Assembly: GCA_946407725.1 (NCBI GenBank)
Contig: CAMJPM010000004.1
Coordinates: 6,488 to 70,487, forward strand
DNA length: 64,000 nucleotides
Direction of reading: 5' to 3'
Source of the DNA: an uncultured Lachnospiraceae bacterium
Lineage (GTDB): Bacteria > Bacillota > Clostridia > Lachnospirales > Lachnospiraceae
Shown: in pieces, positions 1 to 8,391 of the stretch
How the letters are laid out: every line of letters begins with the position of its first letter
Position numbering within the stretch: the stretch's first letter is position 1
Position numbers and translations under genes: made by a program
The notes under the pieces: generated by a model
Seen by the model: only the letters and a program-made list of their open reading frames with translations
The model's database searches: none
What the model was told of the DNA's origin: nothing

Positions 1-2
1 AC

Positions 3-161
3 CTGGATCTGTCGGAAAAGCATCTGGCTTATTGGCTCTACCATACGGTTCCCGAGGGAGGCGATCCTGCGCATTCGCAGGCGGGGGAAGGGTTTGCTTT
101 GATCAGGGAAGAAAGTGCAGCCGCTGTGTATGACAATGGCGGAACAGATGTTTTTGTATAA
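3..161 (+). pseudogene. Upstream-frame fragment (LDLSEKHLAYWLYHTVPEGGDPAHSQAGEGFALIREESAAAVYDNGGTDVFV, then stop), probably the 5' continuation of the surface-protein gene at 115-1116 split off by a frameshift
   Basis: Frame 3 is open from the window edge to TAA 159-161. It overlaps frame 1, which is open from 103. It is too short for the ORF track. A T5 run at 151-155 is the likely slip site. Confidence 0.35.
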
Positions 162-1116
162 GCTTGGGACAAATGGAGATATGTCAATGGCGGTTGATGA
201 AAACCTGATTGACATAAAGGTTAAGACCTTTGAATATGCCGGTTTTCACAGAATCAACCTGAATGGAGCGTATCACTTTAACAAAGGTGACAGATATGCC
301 ATCGTTGTAACCGAACAGAGTTCCGATGAGGAAGGCCGGAAGTATCTTATCCATGCCGGAGTAGGATTCTCTAAGGATTATGTAAATAATTGGAATGAAC
401 AGATTCCGGAGGATGGACAAAAGAAGAATAATTATGCAGTCGCTGTAGTAAATACGGACGAGAGCTACATGAATCTCGGAAACGGATGGGTTGACTGGGC
501 AACAGTGAGAGAAGGCTATGCAACAGGTGATTTTGAAGGTCTTGTAATAGATAACTTCTCCATCAAGGCTTATGGGATCCCAACCGATCCAAAGGATGAT
601 TCTGCGGTCAATCTTGAAAAAGAAGAGCCTGTGCTTACCCCTTCAGACAACAAGGCGATGGACGTAAGGCCGGAGACGGTGGGTGATTACCATATAACTT
701 ATGCCCACCAGATACCCTTCTCCGGAAAGGGCAAGCTTACAGCGGAGTCCTTCGGAGAGAACTTCATAGTTTCACAGGGAAATGCAGCTTACAAGGTTAA
801 GAAGATCAAAGCCAGCAATAAGAAACACAGGATACAGATACTGAAGCTTGAGAATGCCCCAAAAGACGTGGAAAAGGCTGTAAAGAAGGCCACCAAGGGC
901 GATAATGGCATACCTTACACACAGAACCCTTATTATGTAAAGGATACAGACAAGGTAACACCGAAGTTCAAGAAGAGCGGCGCAGCTTCCTCCGTGAAGG
1001 TAAACATTAACGGTAAGGATTACAAGGCGAAGAAGACGGAGTACGACTATGACAGCACCTTGAAAGTGATCACCTTCAAAGGAGAGAACCTTGCCGGCAG
1101 CTGGACGGTGAAGTAA
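115..1116 (+). CDS. C-terminal part of a secreted/cell-surface protein (beta-rich lectin-like region plus Lys-rich C-terminal module)
   Basis: 333-aa ORF with no enzymatic motifs and a Lys-rich tail (KVKKIKASNKKHRIQILKLENAPKDVEKAVKKATKG). The tail resembles the C-terminus of the PPC protein at 44144-45724. The start at 115 is only the first in-frame alternative start. Confidence 0.5.
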   Translation: MQPLCMTMAEQMFLYKLGTNGDMSMAVDENLIDIKVKTFEYAGFHRINLNGAYHFNKGDRYAIVVTEQSSDEEGRKYLIHAGVGFSKDYVNNWNEQIPEDGQKKNNYAVAVVNTDESYMNLGNGWVDWATVREGYATGDFEGLVIDNFSIKAYGIPTDPKDDSAVNLEKEEPVLTPSDNKAMDVRPETVGDYHITYAHQIPFSGKGKLTAESFGENFIVSQGNAAYKVKKIKASNKKHRIQILKLENAPKDVEKAVKKATKGDNGIPYTQNPYYVKDTDKVTPKFKKSGAASSVKVNINGKDYKAKKTEYDYDSTLKVITFKGENLAGSWTVK

Positions 1117-1230
1117 GTGAGCCATTGGGACGCTTCTAAGGTGTCAAAGAAAATAAACGTTTTACGGGTTATGAAGAGATGCTGATAGGTCGAAAAATTG
1201 GTAAATAGCCATGAAGATTTGTTATTATTG

Positions 1231-1239
1231 TGATATAAT
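1231..1239 (+). promoter_or_regulatory. Extended -10 box TGATATAAT, candidate promoter
   Basis: Perfect TGnTATAAT with no convincing -35, about 170 nt upstream of the antitoxin start. Confidence 0.3.
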
Positions 1240-1270
1240 GATACCTAAAAAGATACCTTTACACGTGATT

Positions 1271-1310
1271 TATAGGTTTCCGAACACAAAAGCTGAGAAT
1301 GCGTTCGGGA
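1271..1310 (-). repeat. Copy A of a ~40-nt hairpin repeat, inverted relative to the copies at 44066 and 47309
   Basis: TATAGGTTTCCGAACACAAAAGC...ATGCGTTCGGGA aligns by hand with the reverse complement of 47309-47349 (about 36 of 45 positions). Stem is TTCCGAAC / GTTCGGGA. Confidence 0.5.
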
Positions 1311-1362
1311 TCCTGTGTTTCGTAGGATACATACTTTAAAAGCAAGGCATGTGCCAAGTACG

Positions 1363-1391
1363 AATATTGAATTTCTGATGAAATTCAATAT
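1363..1391. promoter_or_regulatory. Operator-like palindrome overlapping a possible TTGAAT-16-TATACC promoter of the TA operon
   Basis: AATATTGAATTTC-tgat-GAAATTCAATAT (12 of 13 nt palindromic), 20 nt upstream of the antitoxin ATG. RBS AAAGGTGG at 1397-1404. Confidence 0.4.
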
Positions 1392-1411
1392 ACCATGAAA
1401 GGTGGATATGT

Positions 1412-1657
1412 ATGATAACAGCAGTAAAAGCAAAAGATGTAAAATATAGATTTAAGGAGCTCTGTACCCGGATAATCGGTGGAGAGACCATGTTAGTATC
1501 ACGCCCCAAAAATGAAAATATTGTTCTCATATCTGAAACGGAGTACGCCGAATTAGAAAAGGCCAGGCGAAATACTGAGTATCTAGCAAGCATTGACAAA
1601 CGATATGCTGCATTAGAACGGGGCGAAGGCAAACCGCATGAATTGATCGAGGATTGA
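1412..1657 (+). CDS. yefM: Phd/YefM-family type II antitoxin
   Basis: 81 aa with an N-terminal fold pattern (VKAKDVKYRFKELCTRIIGGETMLVSRPKNENIVLISETEYAELE) typical of Phd/YefM. Its stop lies 2 nt before the YoeB-like ATG. Confidence 0.85.
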   Translation: MITAVKAKDVKYRFKELCTRIIGGETMLVSRPKNENIVLISETEYAELEKARRNTEYLASIDKRYAALERGEGKPHELIED

Positions 1658-1658
1658 T

Positions 1659-1908
1659 ATGGGGCTTATTTGGGATGATGAGGCATGGGACGAGTATCTA
1701 TACTGGGATAGTCAGGATAAGAAAACACGACGCTCTGATTAAGGATATTCAACGAAATGGTGCAATGAAAGGGATTGGAAAACCGGAACCGTTGAAACAC
1801 CGCCCAGGATATTCTAGACATATTGATGACGCAAACCGGCTAATATATGATATTGTCAACGGAAATGTTTGGATTATCCGTTGTAAAGGTCATTACGAGG
1901 ATAATTAA
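1659..1908 (+). pseudogene. yoeB: YoeB/Txe-family toxin, frameshifted
   Basis: ATG 1659 reads MGLIWDDEAWDEYLYWDSQDKKTRRSD then stop (TAA 1740-1742). The rest of YoeB (LIKDIQRNG..GKPEPLKHRPGYSRHIDDANRLIY..CKGHYEDN) is in frame 1, ending at 1908. Confidence 0.8.
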
Positions 1909-2116
1909 AACAACAACCATTGTCAGTTATTAACCTTCCGGGGCTGATGGGTTATGCAAGTCGCCTATTGCGATAGAACCTTGCCTTCTAACGGTCACCG
2001 TTTTGGATAAAAATTTGATTAGATTCAAGGGAAACCTTGATGGAAGCTATCAGGTAAAATAAGCTTGAAAAAGGGTACTCCAGTGATTGGAAGTACCCTT
2101 GTTTAGTGTAAGCTAT

Positions 2117-2178
2117 GGGGACGGGGTTTATGGGCCATTTTTTGGGCCACCAACCCCGTCCCCGGGGTTTGTTTTTTG
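2117..2178 (+). terminator. Rho-independent terminator-like hairpin
   Basis: GGGGACGGGGTT (2117-2128) pairs with AACCCCGTCCCC (2152-2163), followed by GGGGTTTGTTTTTTG. A smaller hairpin AAGGGTACT/AGTACCCTT lies at 2071-2100. Confidence 0.6.
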
Positions 2179-2201
2179 AACCACGAACTCCGTCCCCGGG
2201 G

Positions 2202-2229
2202 TTACAAAATTTGGAATATCTGGTATAAT
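2202..2229 (+). promoter_or_regulatory. Sigma-A-type promoter TTACAA-16-(TGg)TATAAT
   Basis: -35 at 2202-2207 and extended -10 TGGTATAAT at 2221-2229, directly upstream of the hydrolase-murF-ddl block. Confidence 0.5.
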
Positions 2230-2264
2230 GGGAAAAGTGTATGTCAAAATATAGTGGAGCACGT

Positions 2265-3035
2265 ATGAATTCGGAGATCGACGGTTTAAATATCCGCTAC
2301 AAGATAAGCGGTGAGGGAGAAAAGAATGTGGTCATGCTGCAGGGCTGGGGGACGGAACTCTCTGTTTATGACAGTGTGGCGGCTGCCCTGACACCACAGT
2401 ACCGTTTTATACAGTTCGATCTGCCCGGGTTCGGGAAAAGCGACGAACCGGGTGAACCCTGGGATGTGGACAGATATACCGATTTTTTCTGCCGTTTTAT
2501 GGAAAAGCTTGAAATAAAAAAGGCGGATCTCATAGGCCACTCCTATGGCGGAAGGATTATAATAAAGCTTCTGTCAAGGAAGGAAAAGCCCTTTGAGACA
2601 GGAAGGGTGGTGCTTATTGACAGCGCCGGGGTACTGCCGGTGAGGACATTTAAGCAGAAGCTGAAGATAAGGCAGTATAAGATCTTAAAGAAGCTGTTCT
2701 TCTCTAAGGTGTTCAATATACTCTTTCCGGACATAGTTGAGGACTGGAAGATGAGACAGGGCTCGGCAGACTACAGGAATGCATCACCGGTTATGAGGCA
2801 GTGCCTTGTGCTGGCGGTAAATGAAGACCTTACGGAGCTGCTGCCGGAGATAAAAGAGGAGACGCTTCTGATATGGGGAGAAAATGACACTGCCACCCCC
2901 ATAAGAGACGCAAAGATAATGGAAGAAAGGATCCCCAATGCGGGACTTGTGGTTTTCGCAGGTGCCGGGCACTATTCGTTCTTAGAGCAGCCCGTAAAGT
3001 TCCGCAGGGTGATCAGGGCATTTTTCGGGTTATGA
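2265..3035 (+). CDS. Alpha/beta-fold hydrolase
   Basis: GHSYGG nucleophile elbow and a C-terminal GAGHYS His motif. ATG 2265 has GGAG 5 nt upstream, whereas the ORF-track start at 2241 lies only 12 nt after the -10 box. Confidence 0.8.
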   Translation: MNSEIDGLNIRYKISGEGEKNVVMLQGWGTELSVYDSVAAALTPQYRFIQFDLPGFGKSDEPGEPWDVDRYTDFFCRFMEKLEIKKADLIGHSYGGRIIIKLLSRKEKPFETGRVVLIDSAGVLPVRTFKQKLKIRQYKILKKLFFSKVFNILFPDIVEDWKMRQGSADYRNASPVMRQCLVLAVNEDLTELLPEIKEETLLIWGENDTATPIRDAKIMEERIPNAGLVVFAGAGHYSFLEQPVKFRRVIRAFFGL

Positions 3036-4594
3036 TCGTAAGGACCGCGATAATAGCAGTAATGGCAATATATGCGATGTTTCTCGTTATGAGACATTAT
3101 ATGCATATGTTCCAGCTTAACGGATATAAAAATGACGAATATATGCGCTGGCTTAAAAAGAACGCCACGCGGAGCTGGCTGCTTTTCTTCGGGGCGGCAC
3201 TGGGGCTTTTAAGGCTTTTTCTGCCGCTGATCCCGGTTGATGCGCTGATAATGCTTTCCCTCTTTATGGAGATCTGGGATCACAGAGCCAAAAGAAGGCT
3301 TAATACAAAGAAAAAGCTGGTATATACTCCAAGGGTAAAGCGCATGATCACTGTTATCGTTATCCTGAGCACGGCGGTTATCCTGTGCAGTTATCTTAAG
3401 GCCGGGATTTCGCCGTTAAGCGGTATCCTGCTTATCCTGGTGTCGCTGCAGGCTGTACTTAACATTGTGGCGAATATAATAAACCATCCCCTGGAGGAGG
3501 CAATAAACCGTCACTATATCAATGACGCGAGACGGATATTAAAGAGCATGCCGGGGCTTAAGGTCATAGGGGTTACGGGAAGCTACGGGAAAACAAGCGT
3601 AAAGTATTATCTGGAGACATTGTTAAAGGCCAGATATGATGTGCTGGTGACACCGGGGAATTTCAATACACCTCTCGGCATAACCAGGACCATAAGAGAA
3701 CATTTAAGACCTTCAAATGAGGTGTTCATATGCGAGATGGGAGCCAGAAGGGTGGGGGAGATAAAAGAGATCTGCGACCTGTTCCCGCCGGATCAGGGGA
3801 TCATAACCGCCATCGGGCCCCAGCACCTGGAGACCTTTAATTCCATAGAAAATATACAGAAGACCAAATTTGAGCTGGCAGACGCAGTTAAAGGAAAGGG
3901 CAATATTTTCTTAAATACCGATAACGAGCTTATAAGGGAAAGATCGGAGCTTTATCCTTCATATATATCCTACGGCACAAAGGAGGATACCACCGGGTAC
4001 CGGGCAAAGGATATCCTTGTCTCCAATATGGGTACGGAATTTACGGTAATAAGCCCGGAAAACGAAGAGGAGAGATTTAAGACCAGGCTCATCGGGGCCC
4101 ATAATGTGATAAATGTGCTGGGAGCCATAGCCGTTGCGAATATGAACGGCATTCTCCTTAAAGAGCTGAAGATCCCTGTAAGAAGGATAGAGAGCGTTGA
4201 ACACAGGATGCAGATAAGGGATCAGGGAAATGTCACCATAATAGATGATGCCTATAATTCAAATCCGGTGGGATCGAAGGCCGCAGTGGAAACGTTAGCC
4301 ATGTTTGATGGAGTGAGGATACTTATCACTCCGGGAATGGTTGAGCTGGGAGACAGGGAAGAGGAATATAATTATAAATTCGGAACCTATGCCGCAGAAT
4401 GTGCGGATCACATCATCCTGGTGGGAGAAAAGCATACAAAACCCATATATGAGGGTATAATGAGCAAGGGCTTTCCAAAGGAAAAATGCCGGGTATTTGA
4501 AAGGCTGGAGGATGGGTTTTCCTATGCCTGCGGCATAAAGGATGAGGGACATAAATATATACTTCTGGAAAATGACCTGCCGGATAATTACTGA
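3032..4594 (+). CDS. murF: MurF-like Mur ligase (UDP-MurNAc-tripeptide--D-Ala-D-Ala ligase family) with a ~150-aa polytopic membrane N-terminus
   Basis: P-loop GVTGSYGKTS at aa 180-189, plus NFNTPLG, ICEMGARRVGEI and DDAYNSNP. Residues 1-150 are 4-5 hydrophobic segments. ATGA overlap with the upstream gene. Confidence 0.75.
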   Translation: MIVRTAIIAVMAIYAMFLVMRHYMHMFQLNGYKNDEYMRWLKKNATRSWLLFFGAALGLLRLFLPLIPVDALIMLSLFMEIWDHRAKRRLNTKKKLVYTPRVKRMITVIVILSTAVILCSYLKAGISPLSGILLILVSLQAVLNIVANIINHPLEEAINRHYINDARRILKSMPGLKVIGVTGSYGKTSVKYYLETLLKARYDVLVTPGNFNTPLGITRTIREHLRPSNEVFICEMGARRVGEIKEICDLFPPDQGIITAIGPQHLETFNSIENIQKTKFELADAVKGKGNIFLNTDNELIRERSELYPSYISYGTKEDTTGYRAKDILVSNMGTEFTVISPENEEERFKTRLIGAHNVINVLGAIAVANMNGILLKELKIPVRRIESVEHRMQIRDQGNVTIIDDAYNSNPVGSKAAVETLAMFDGVRILITPGMVELGDREEEYNYKFGTYAAECADHIILVGEKHTKPIYEGIMSKGFPKEKCRVFERLEDGFSYACGIKDEGHKYILLENDLPDNY

Positions 4595-4652
4595 CCGCCG
4601 GTGAATTTTTTGACGTATAAATTATTTTGTGTTGAAAGGAAATATAGAAGAA

Positions 4653-5840
4653 ATGAAACTTCGCATAGCACTGGTATTTGGCGGAAAAAGCGTAGAGCAT
4701 GAGGTGTCTGTCATCTCCGGGATACAGGCATATATGAACCTCGATAAGGATAAATATGATATCACTCCGGTGTATATGACAAAGGAAAACGAAATGTATA
4801 CCGGGGAGGATATCGGAAAGATCGAAGCCTACCGTGATCTTCCAGGACTTATCAAAAAATCTGAGAGAGTGATAATGGTTCGGGAGGGATCGGCGGTAAA
4901 GCTCCTGCCCTATCCGAAAAAGCTCTTCGGAAATAATCCTCCCCATGAGATTGACCTTGTTTTTCCCGTGGTCCATGGAACGAATGTGGAGGACGGGGCG
5001 CTGCAGGGATATTTTAAGACCATAGGAGTGCCTTTTGTGGGCTGTGATGTGACTGCTTCCGCGGTAGGTATGGATAAGTACATCATGAAGACCATACTTA
5101 AGGAGGAGGATGTACCGCTGCTGCCGGCTAAAGTCTATACCCTTTCCGATTATGAGGATACGGATGCCCTGGTGGATAAGATCGAAAAGAAATTCGGCTT
5201 TCCGGTGATAATCAAGCCCGTAAATTTAGGCTCAAGCGTGGGCATAAACGTGGCGTCGGACAGAACGCAGCTCTTTAATGCACTGGATGATGCCTTTAAG
5301 TACGCTTCCAGAGTGCTCTGTGAGAGAGCCATAGTGAATTTAAGGGAGATAAACTGTGCGGTGCTGGGGGATGAGAATGAGGCAATAGCCTCCGAGTGCG
5401 AGGAACCCTTGCATACAAAGGATATCTTAAGCTATGAGGATAAATATGTGAGCAATGCCACAAAGGGCGGATCAAAGGGAATGGCCTCCGTTTCAAGAAA
5501 GATACCGGCGGATATCACGCCGGAAATGCGTGAGGAGATCCGTTCCCTGGCTGTAAAAAGCTTTAAGGCGCTTTGCTGCAGCGGTGTTGCAAGGATAGAT
5601 TTTATGATAGATGAAGCCGACGGAAAGCTTTATTTCAATGAGATCAATACCATACCGGGTTCACTCTCCTTTTATCTCTGGGATAAGGTGGGAATATCCT
5701 ATCCGGAGCTTCTTGACCGGATGATAGATATAGCCTTAAAGAGAGTTCGTATCGAAAGAAATCTCACCTTTACCTTTGACACAAATATCCTTAATTCCGC
5801 AAGCCTTGGCGGAACAAAAGGAGGAAAAAATGTGCTTTGA
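4653..5840 (+). CDS. ddl: D-alanine--D-alanine ligase
   Basis: MKLRIALVFGGKSVEHEVSVISG, an ATP-grasp core, EINTIPGSLSFYLW, and an omega-loop EDKY that retains Tyr. The ATG at 4653 is preferred over the upstream alternative start at 4629. Confidence 0.9.
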   Translation: MKLRIALVFGGKSVEHEVSVISGIQAYMNLDKDKYDITPVYMTKENEMYTGEDIGKIEAYRDLPGLIKKSERVIMVREGSAVKLLPYPKKLFGNNPPHEIDLVFPVVHGTNVEDGALQGYFKTIGVPFVGCDVTASAVGMDKYIMKTILKEEDVPLLPAKVYTLSDYEDTDALVDKIEKKFGFPVIIKPVNLGSSVGINVASDRTQLFNALDDAFKYASRVLCERAIVNLREINCAVLGDENEAIASECEEPLHTKDILSYEDKYVSNATKGGSKGMASVSRKIPADITPEMREEIRSLAVKSFKALCCSGVARIDFMIDEADGKLYFNEINTIPGSLSFYLWDKVGISYPELLDRMIDIALKRVRIERNLTFTFDTNILNSASLGGTKGGKNVL

Positions 5841-7527
5841 CCAGGAGTTTGCCGACAATCTGCAGAGACTGATCTCTTCTGCCAGCGGAGAAAAGCTGGA
5901 TATGGCTGTTACAGTAGAGATATGCAGGAGCTTAAAGATCTCAAGGATGTACTTTGAGAGACATCTGGGAGAGGAATACGAATATAAAAACCGGATGAGT
6001 TCCCAGGGAGCCAATGATGAAAAAAAAGATGAGGAAAAAGTAGTTGTCTTTGATGACGGGGACAGAACGGATCTTAAGCTTGATTACCCATATTTCCGGG
6101 AAGGAGAGAAGTTTATCCACGGATATGTGGAATTCAGAAGGGGATTAAGGGAAGAGAACCTCGATATTGAACGCATACGCTTTTTTTCTGAGCTTATGCA
6201 TTTACTCTTAAGCAGACAGAATATGCGGGAGTATGTGGAATATTCCGAAAATTCAGATGCCCTTACCGGGATACCAAATATCGTATTTCTCGCAAAAAAA
6301 TACAGGGAGGTATCGAAAAGGATCCCCCATCATAAGCTGCTGGTCTTAAGGATAAACCTCCAGAATTTTAAGTATGTGAATGATGCCGCCGGAGCCAGGG
6401 CAGGGGATGAGGCCATTATCCAGTATTCCAGAAAGATCATGCGCTTTGTAAATGAGGACGAGGGCGTGTGCCGGCTGGGAGGGGATAATTTTGTCATATT
6501 CATCCGTAAGGAAAATACTGATATAATTATGGAGAAGATGAGCAATATCCTTATCTCAAATCTTAAAGCGGCACCTGGCCGGAATTTCAATATAAGGCCC
6601 TGGATAGGCGTATCGGAGGTAAAGGAGGGGCAGCAGACTTCGTTTACGGAGAGACTGAACGATGCTTCCGCAGCATGTGATCTGGCAAAGGGAAGGTACA
6701 GACGAAGTGTGGTTTATTTTAATGATGATCTGGTGGAGACCATAAGCCGGAACAGATCCATCATTTCCAACTTCCGGCCTGCATTGCAGCGCCACGAATT
6801 CCACTCCTTTTTCCAGCCCAAGATCGACATGCGTACAGGTTTTGTTGTGGGGCTGGAAGCACTTTGCCGCTGGCTTCACGACGGGAGATTTGTTTATCCC
6901 GACCAGTTCATCTCGGTTCTGGATGCGAATTCCCTGATACAGGAGCTGGATATCGTGATATTTGCGGAAACCTGTTCCGCCATCAGGCAGTGGCAGAATA
7001 TGGGACTGTATCCCCCCAGGGTTTCTTCCAACTTTTCAAAAAAGAATCTTTATGTTCCGGGAATAGAGGAGAAGATTCTGGAGGTGGTACATGAATATAA
7101 CCTGCTTCCTGACGACATTGAGATAGAGATCACCGAAAGTGTGAAGGATACGGAATATGAGAGAATGATCGAGTTTGTGAGTATCCTTAAGAAAAACGGG
7201 ATCCATGTATCCATAGATGATTTCGGTACAGGCTATTCATCCCTTTCACTCCTGCATAATATCGATGTGGATACACTGAAGATCGACAGGAGCTTTGTTT
7301 CAAAGCTGCCTGACGACTACAAATCAAGGATCCTCATTGAGAGCATTGTGAATATTGCGAGCAGACTGAATATTTCGGTTATCGCGGAGGGACTGGAAAA
7401 CATCGAGCAGGGAAAAGCCCTTCTTGAGATGGGATGCAACATAGCCCAGGGATATTATTTCAGTAAACCGGTGGATTTCGACGAAGCCTCCAGAATGATA
7501 GAGCATCCGGTCTTTAAGAGCCTGTAG
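5830..7527 (+). CDS. GGDEF(degenerate)-EAL protein, probable c-di-GMP phosphodiesterase
   Basis: The GGDEF site reads GGDNF. EAL motifs are intact (EALCRW, EITE, DDFGTGYSSL, KIDRSF, EGLE, QGYYFSKP). GGAGG precedes ATG 5830, which overlaps the ddl stop. Confidence 0.85.
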   Translation: MCFDQEFADNLQRLISSASGEKLDMAVTVEICRSLKISRMYFERHLGEEYEYKNRMSSQGANDEKKDEEKVVVFDDGDRTDLKLDYPYFREGEKFIHGYVEFRRGLREENLDIERIRFFSELMHLLLSRQNMREYVEYSENSDALTGIPNIVFLAKKYREVSKRIPHHKLLVLRINLQNFKYVNDAAGARAGDEAIIQYSRKIMRFVNEDEGVCRLGGDNFVIFIRKENTDIIMEKMSNILISNLKAAPGRNFNIRPWIGVSEVKEGQQTSFTERLNDASAACDLAKGRYRRSVVYFNDDLVETISRNRSIISNFRPALQRHEFHSFFQPKIDMRTGFVVGLEALCRWLHDGRFVYPDQFISVLDANSLIQELDIVIFAETCSAIRQWQNMGLYPPRVSSNFSKKNLYVPGIEEKILEVVHEYNLLPDDIEIEITESVKDTEYERMIEFVSILKKNGIHVSIDDFGTGYSSLSLLHNIDVDTLKIDRSFVSKLPDDYKSRILIESIVNIASRLNISVIAEGLENIEQGKALLEMGCNIAQGYYFSKPVDFDEASRMIEHPVFKSL

Positions 7528-7617
7528 CCTTACACAAACCGGAGACGCAGAAAAGAGTCAGCGCCGTTATTAAAAGCGGCGGATGTTGAAAATAAGAAGG
7601 AGCGGCATCGACAGATA

Positions 7618-8391
7618 ATGAAGGTTGTTATACTTGCGGGAGGACTTGGAACCAGGATCTCGGAGGAGAGCCACTTAAAGCCCAAGCCCATGATCGAGAT
7701 CGGCGAAAAGCCCATATTATGGCATATCATGAAGGAATACTCACATTTCGGCTTCAATGAATTTGTGATATGCCTTGGATATAAACAGCATATGGTGAAG
7801 GAGTTTTTTGCGGACTATTATCTTTACTCCTCGGATGTCACCTTCGATCTTTCAAAAAACGAGATGGAGGTCCATAACCACTATGCCGAGCCCTGGAAGG
7901 TGACGCTGGTGGATACGGGGTTCAGGACAATGACAGGGGGAAGGATAAAGAGGATCCGGGAATACGTCGGAGATGAAACCTTTATGCTGACATACGGTGA
8001 CGGGGTTTCCAACGTGGATATAAGGAAGCTTCTTGAATTTCACAGGTCCCACGGAAAGACCGGGACCCTTACCGCCATAGCGGTGGATCAGAGATTTGGA
8101 GTCCTGGATATAGGAAAGGGCGGAAAGATACACGAATTCTCTGAAAAGGAAGAGAAGGACAGCAGTGTGGTAAATGGCGGATACATGGTTTTCGAGCCCG
8201 GGATCTTCGACTACATTAATGGCGATGATACCGTGTTTGAAAAGGAATCCTTAAAGCAGCTGGCACATGATGATGAACTCAGGGCCTTTCTTCACAGGGG
8301 CTTCTGGAAGTGCATGGATACCCAGAGGGAGAAGGAAGAGCTGGAAAGGCTTTGGGCCGCTGGCAATGCGCCATGGAAGGTATGGGAATGA
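7618..8391 (+). CDS. rfbF: Glucose-1-phosphate cytidylyltransferase
   Basis: MKVVILAGGLGTRISEESHLKPKPMIEIGEKPILWHIM is the canonical RfbF/DdhA N-terminus. 257 aa. Confidence 0.9.
   Translation: MKVVILAGGLGTRISEESHLKPKPMIEIGEKPILWHIMKEYSHFGFNEFVICLGYKQHMVKEFFADYYLYSSDVTFDLSKNEMEVHNHYAEPWKVTLVDTGFRTMTGGRIKRIREYVGDETFMLTYGDGVSNVDIRKLLEFHRSHGKTGTLTAIAVDQRFGVLDIGKGGKIHEFSEKEEKDSSVVNGGYMVFEPGIFDYINGDDTVFEKESLKQLAHDDELRAFLHRGFWKCMDTQREKEELERLWAAGNAPWKVWE

Noticed and set aside
5776-5829. Long N-terminal extensions in the ORF track (5776, 8310, 30270, 40304, 51088 and 52146 starts)
   Set aside because: Each extension overlaps the preceding gene. An internal ATG with an RBS or an ATGA/TGATG coupling gives the canonical family N-terminus.
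2241-5840. Vancomycin-resistance-type (van) operon interpretation of hydrolase-murF-ddl
   Set aside because: There is no vanH, vanX/XY or vanRS. The ligase omega-loop keeps the Tyr (EDKY) typical of D-Ala-D-Ala rather than D-Ala-D-Lac ligases.
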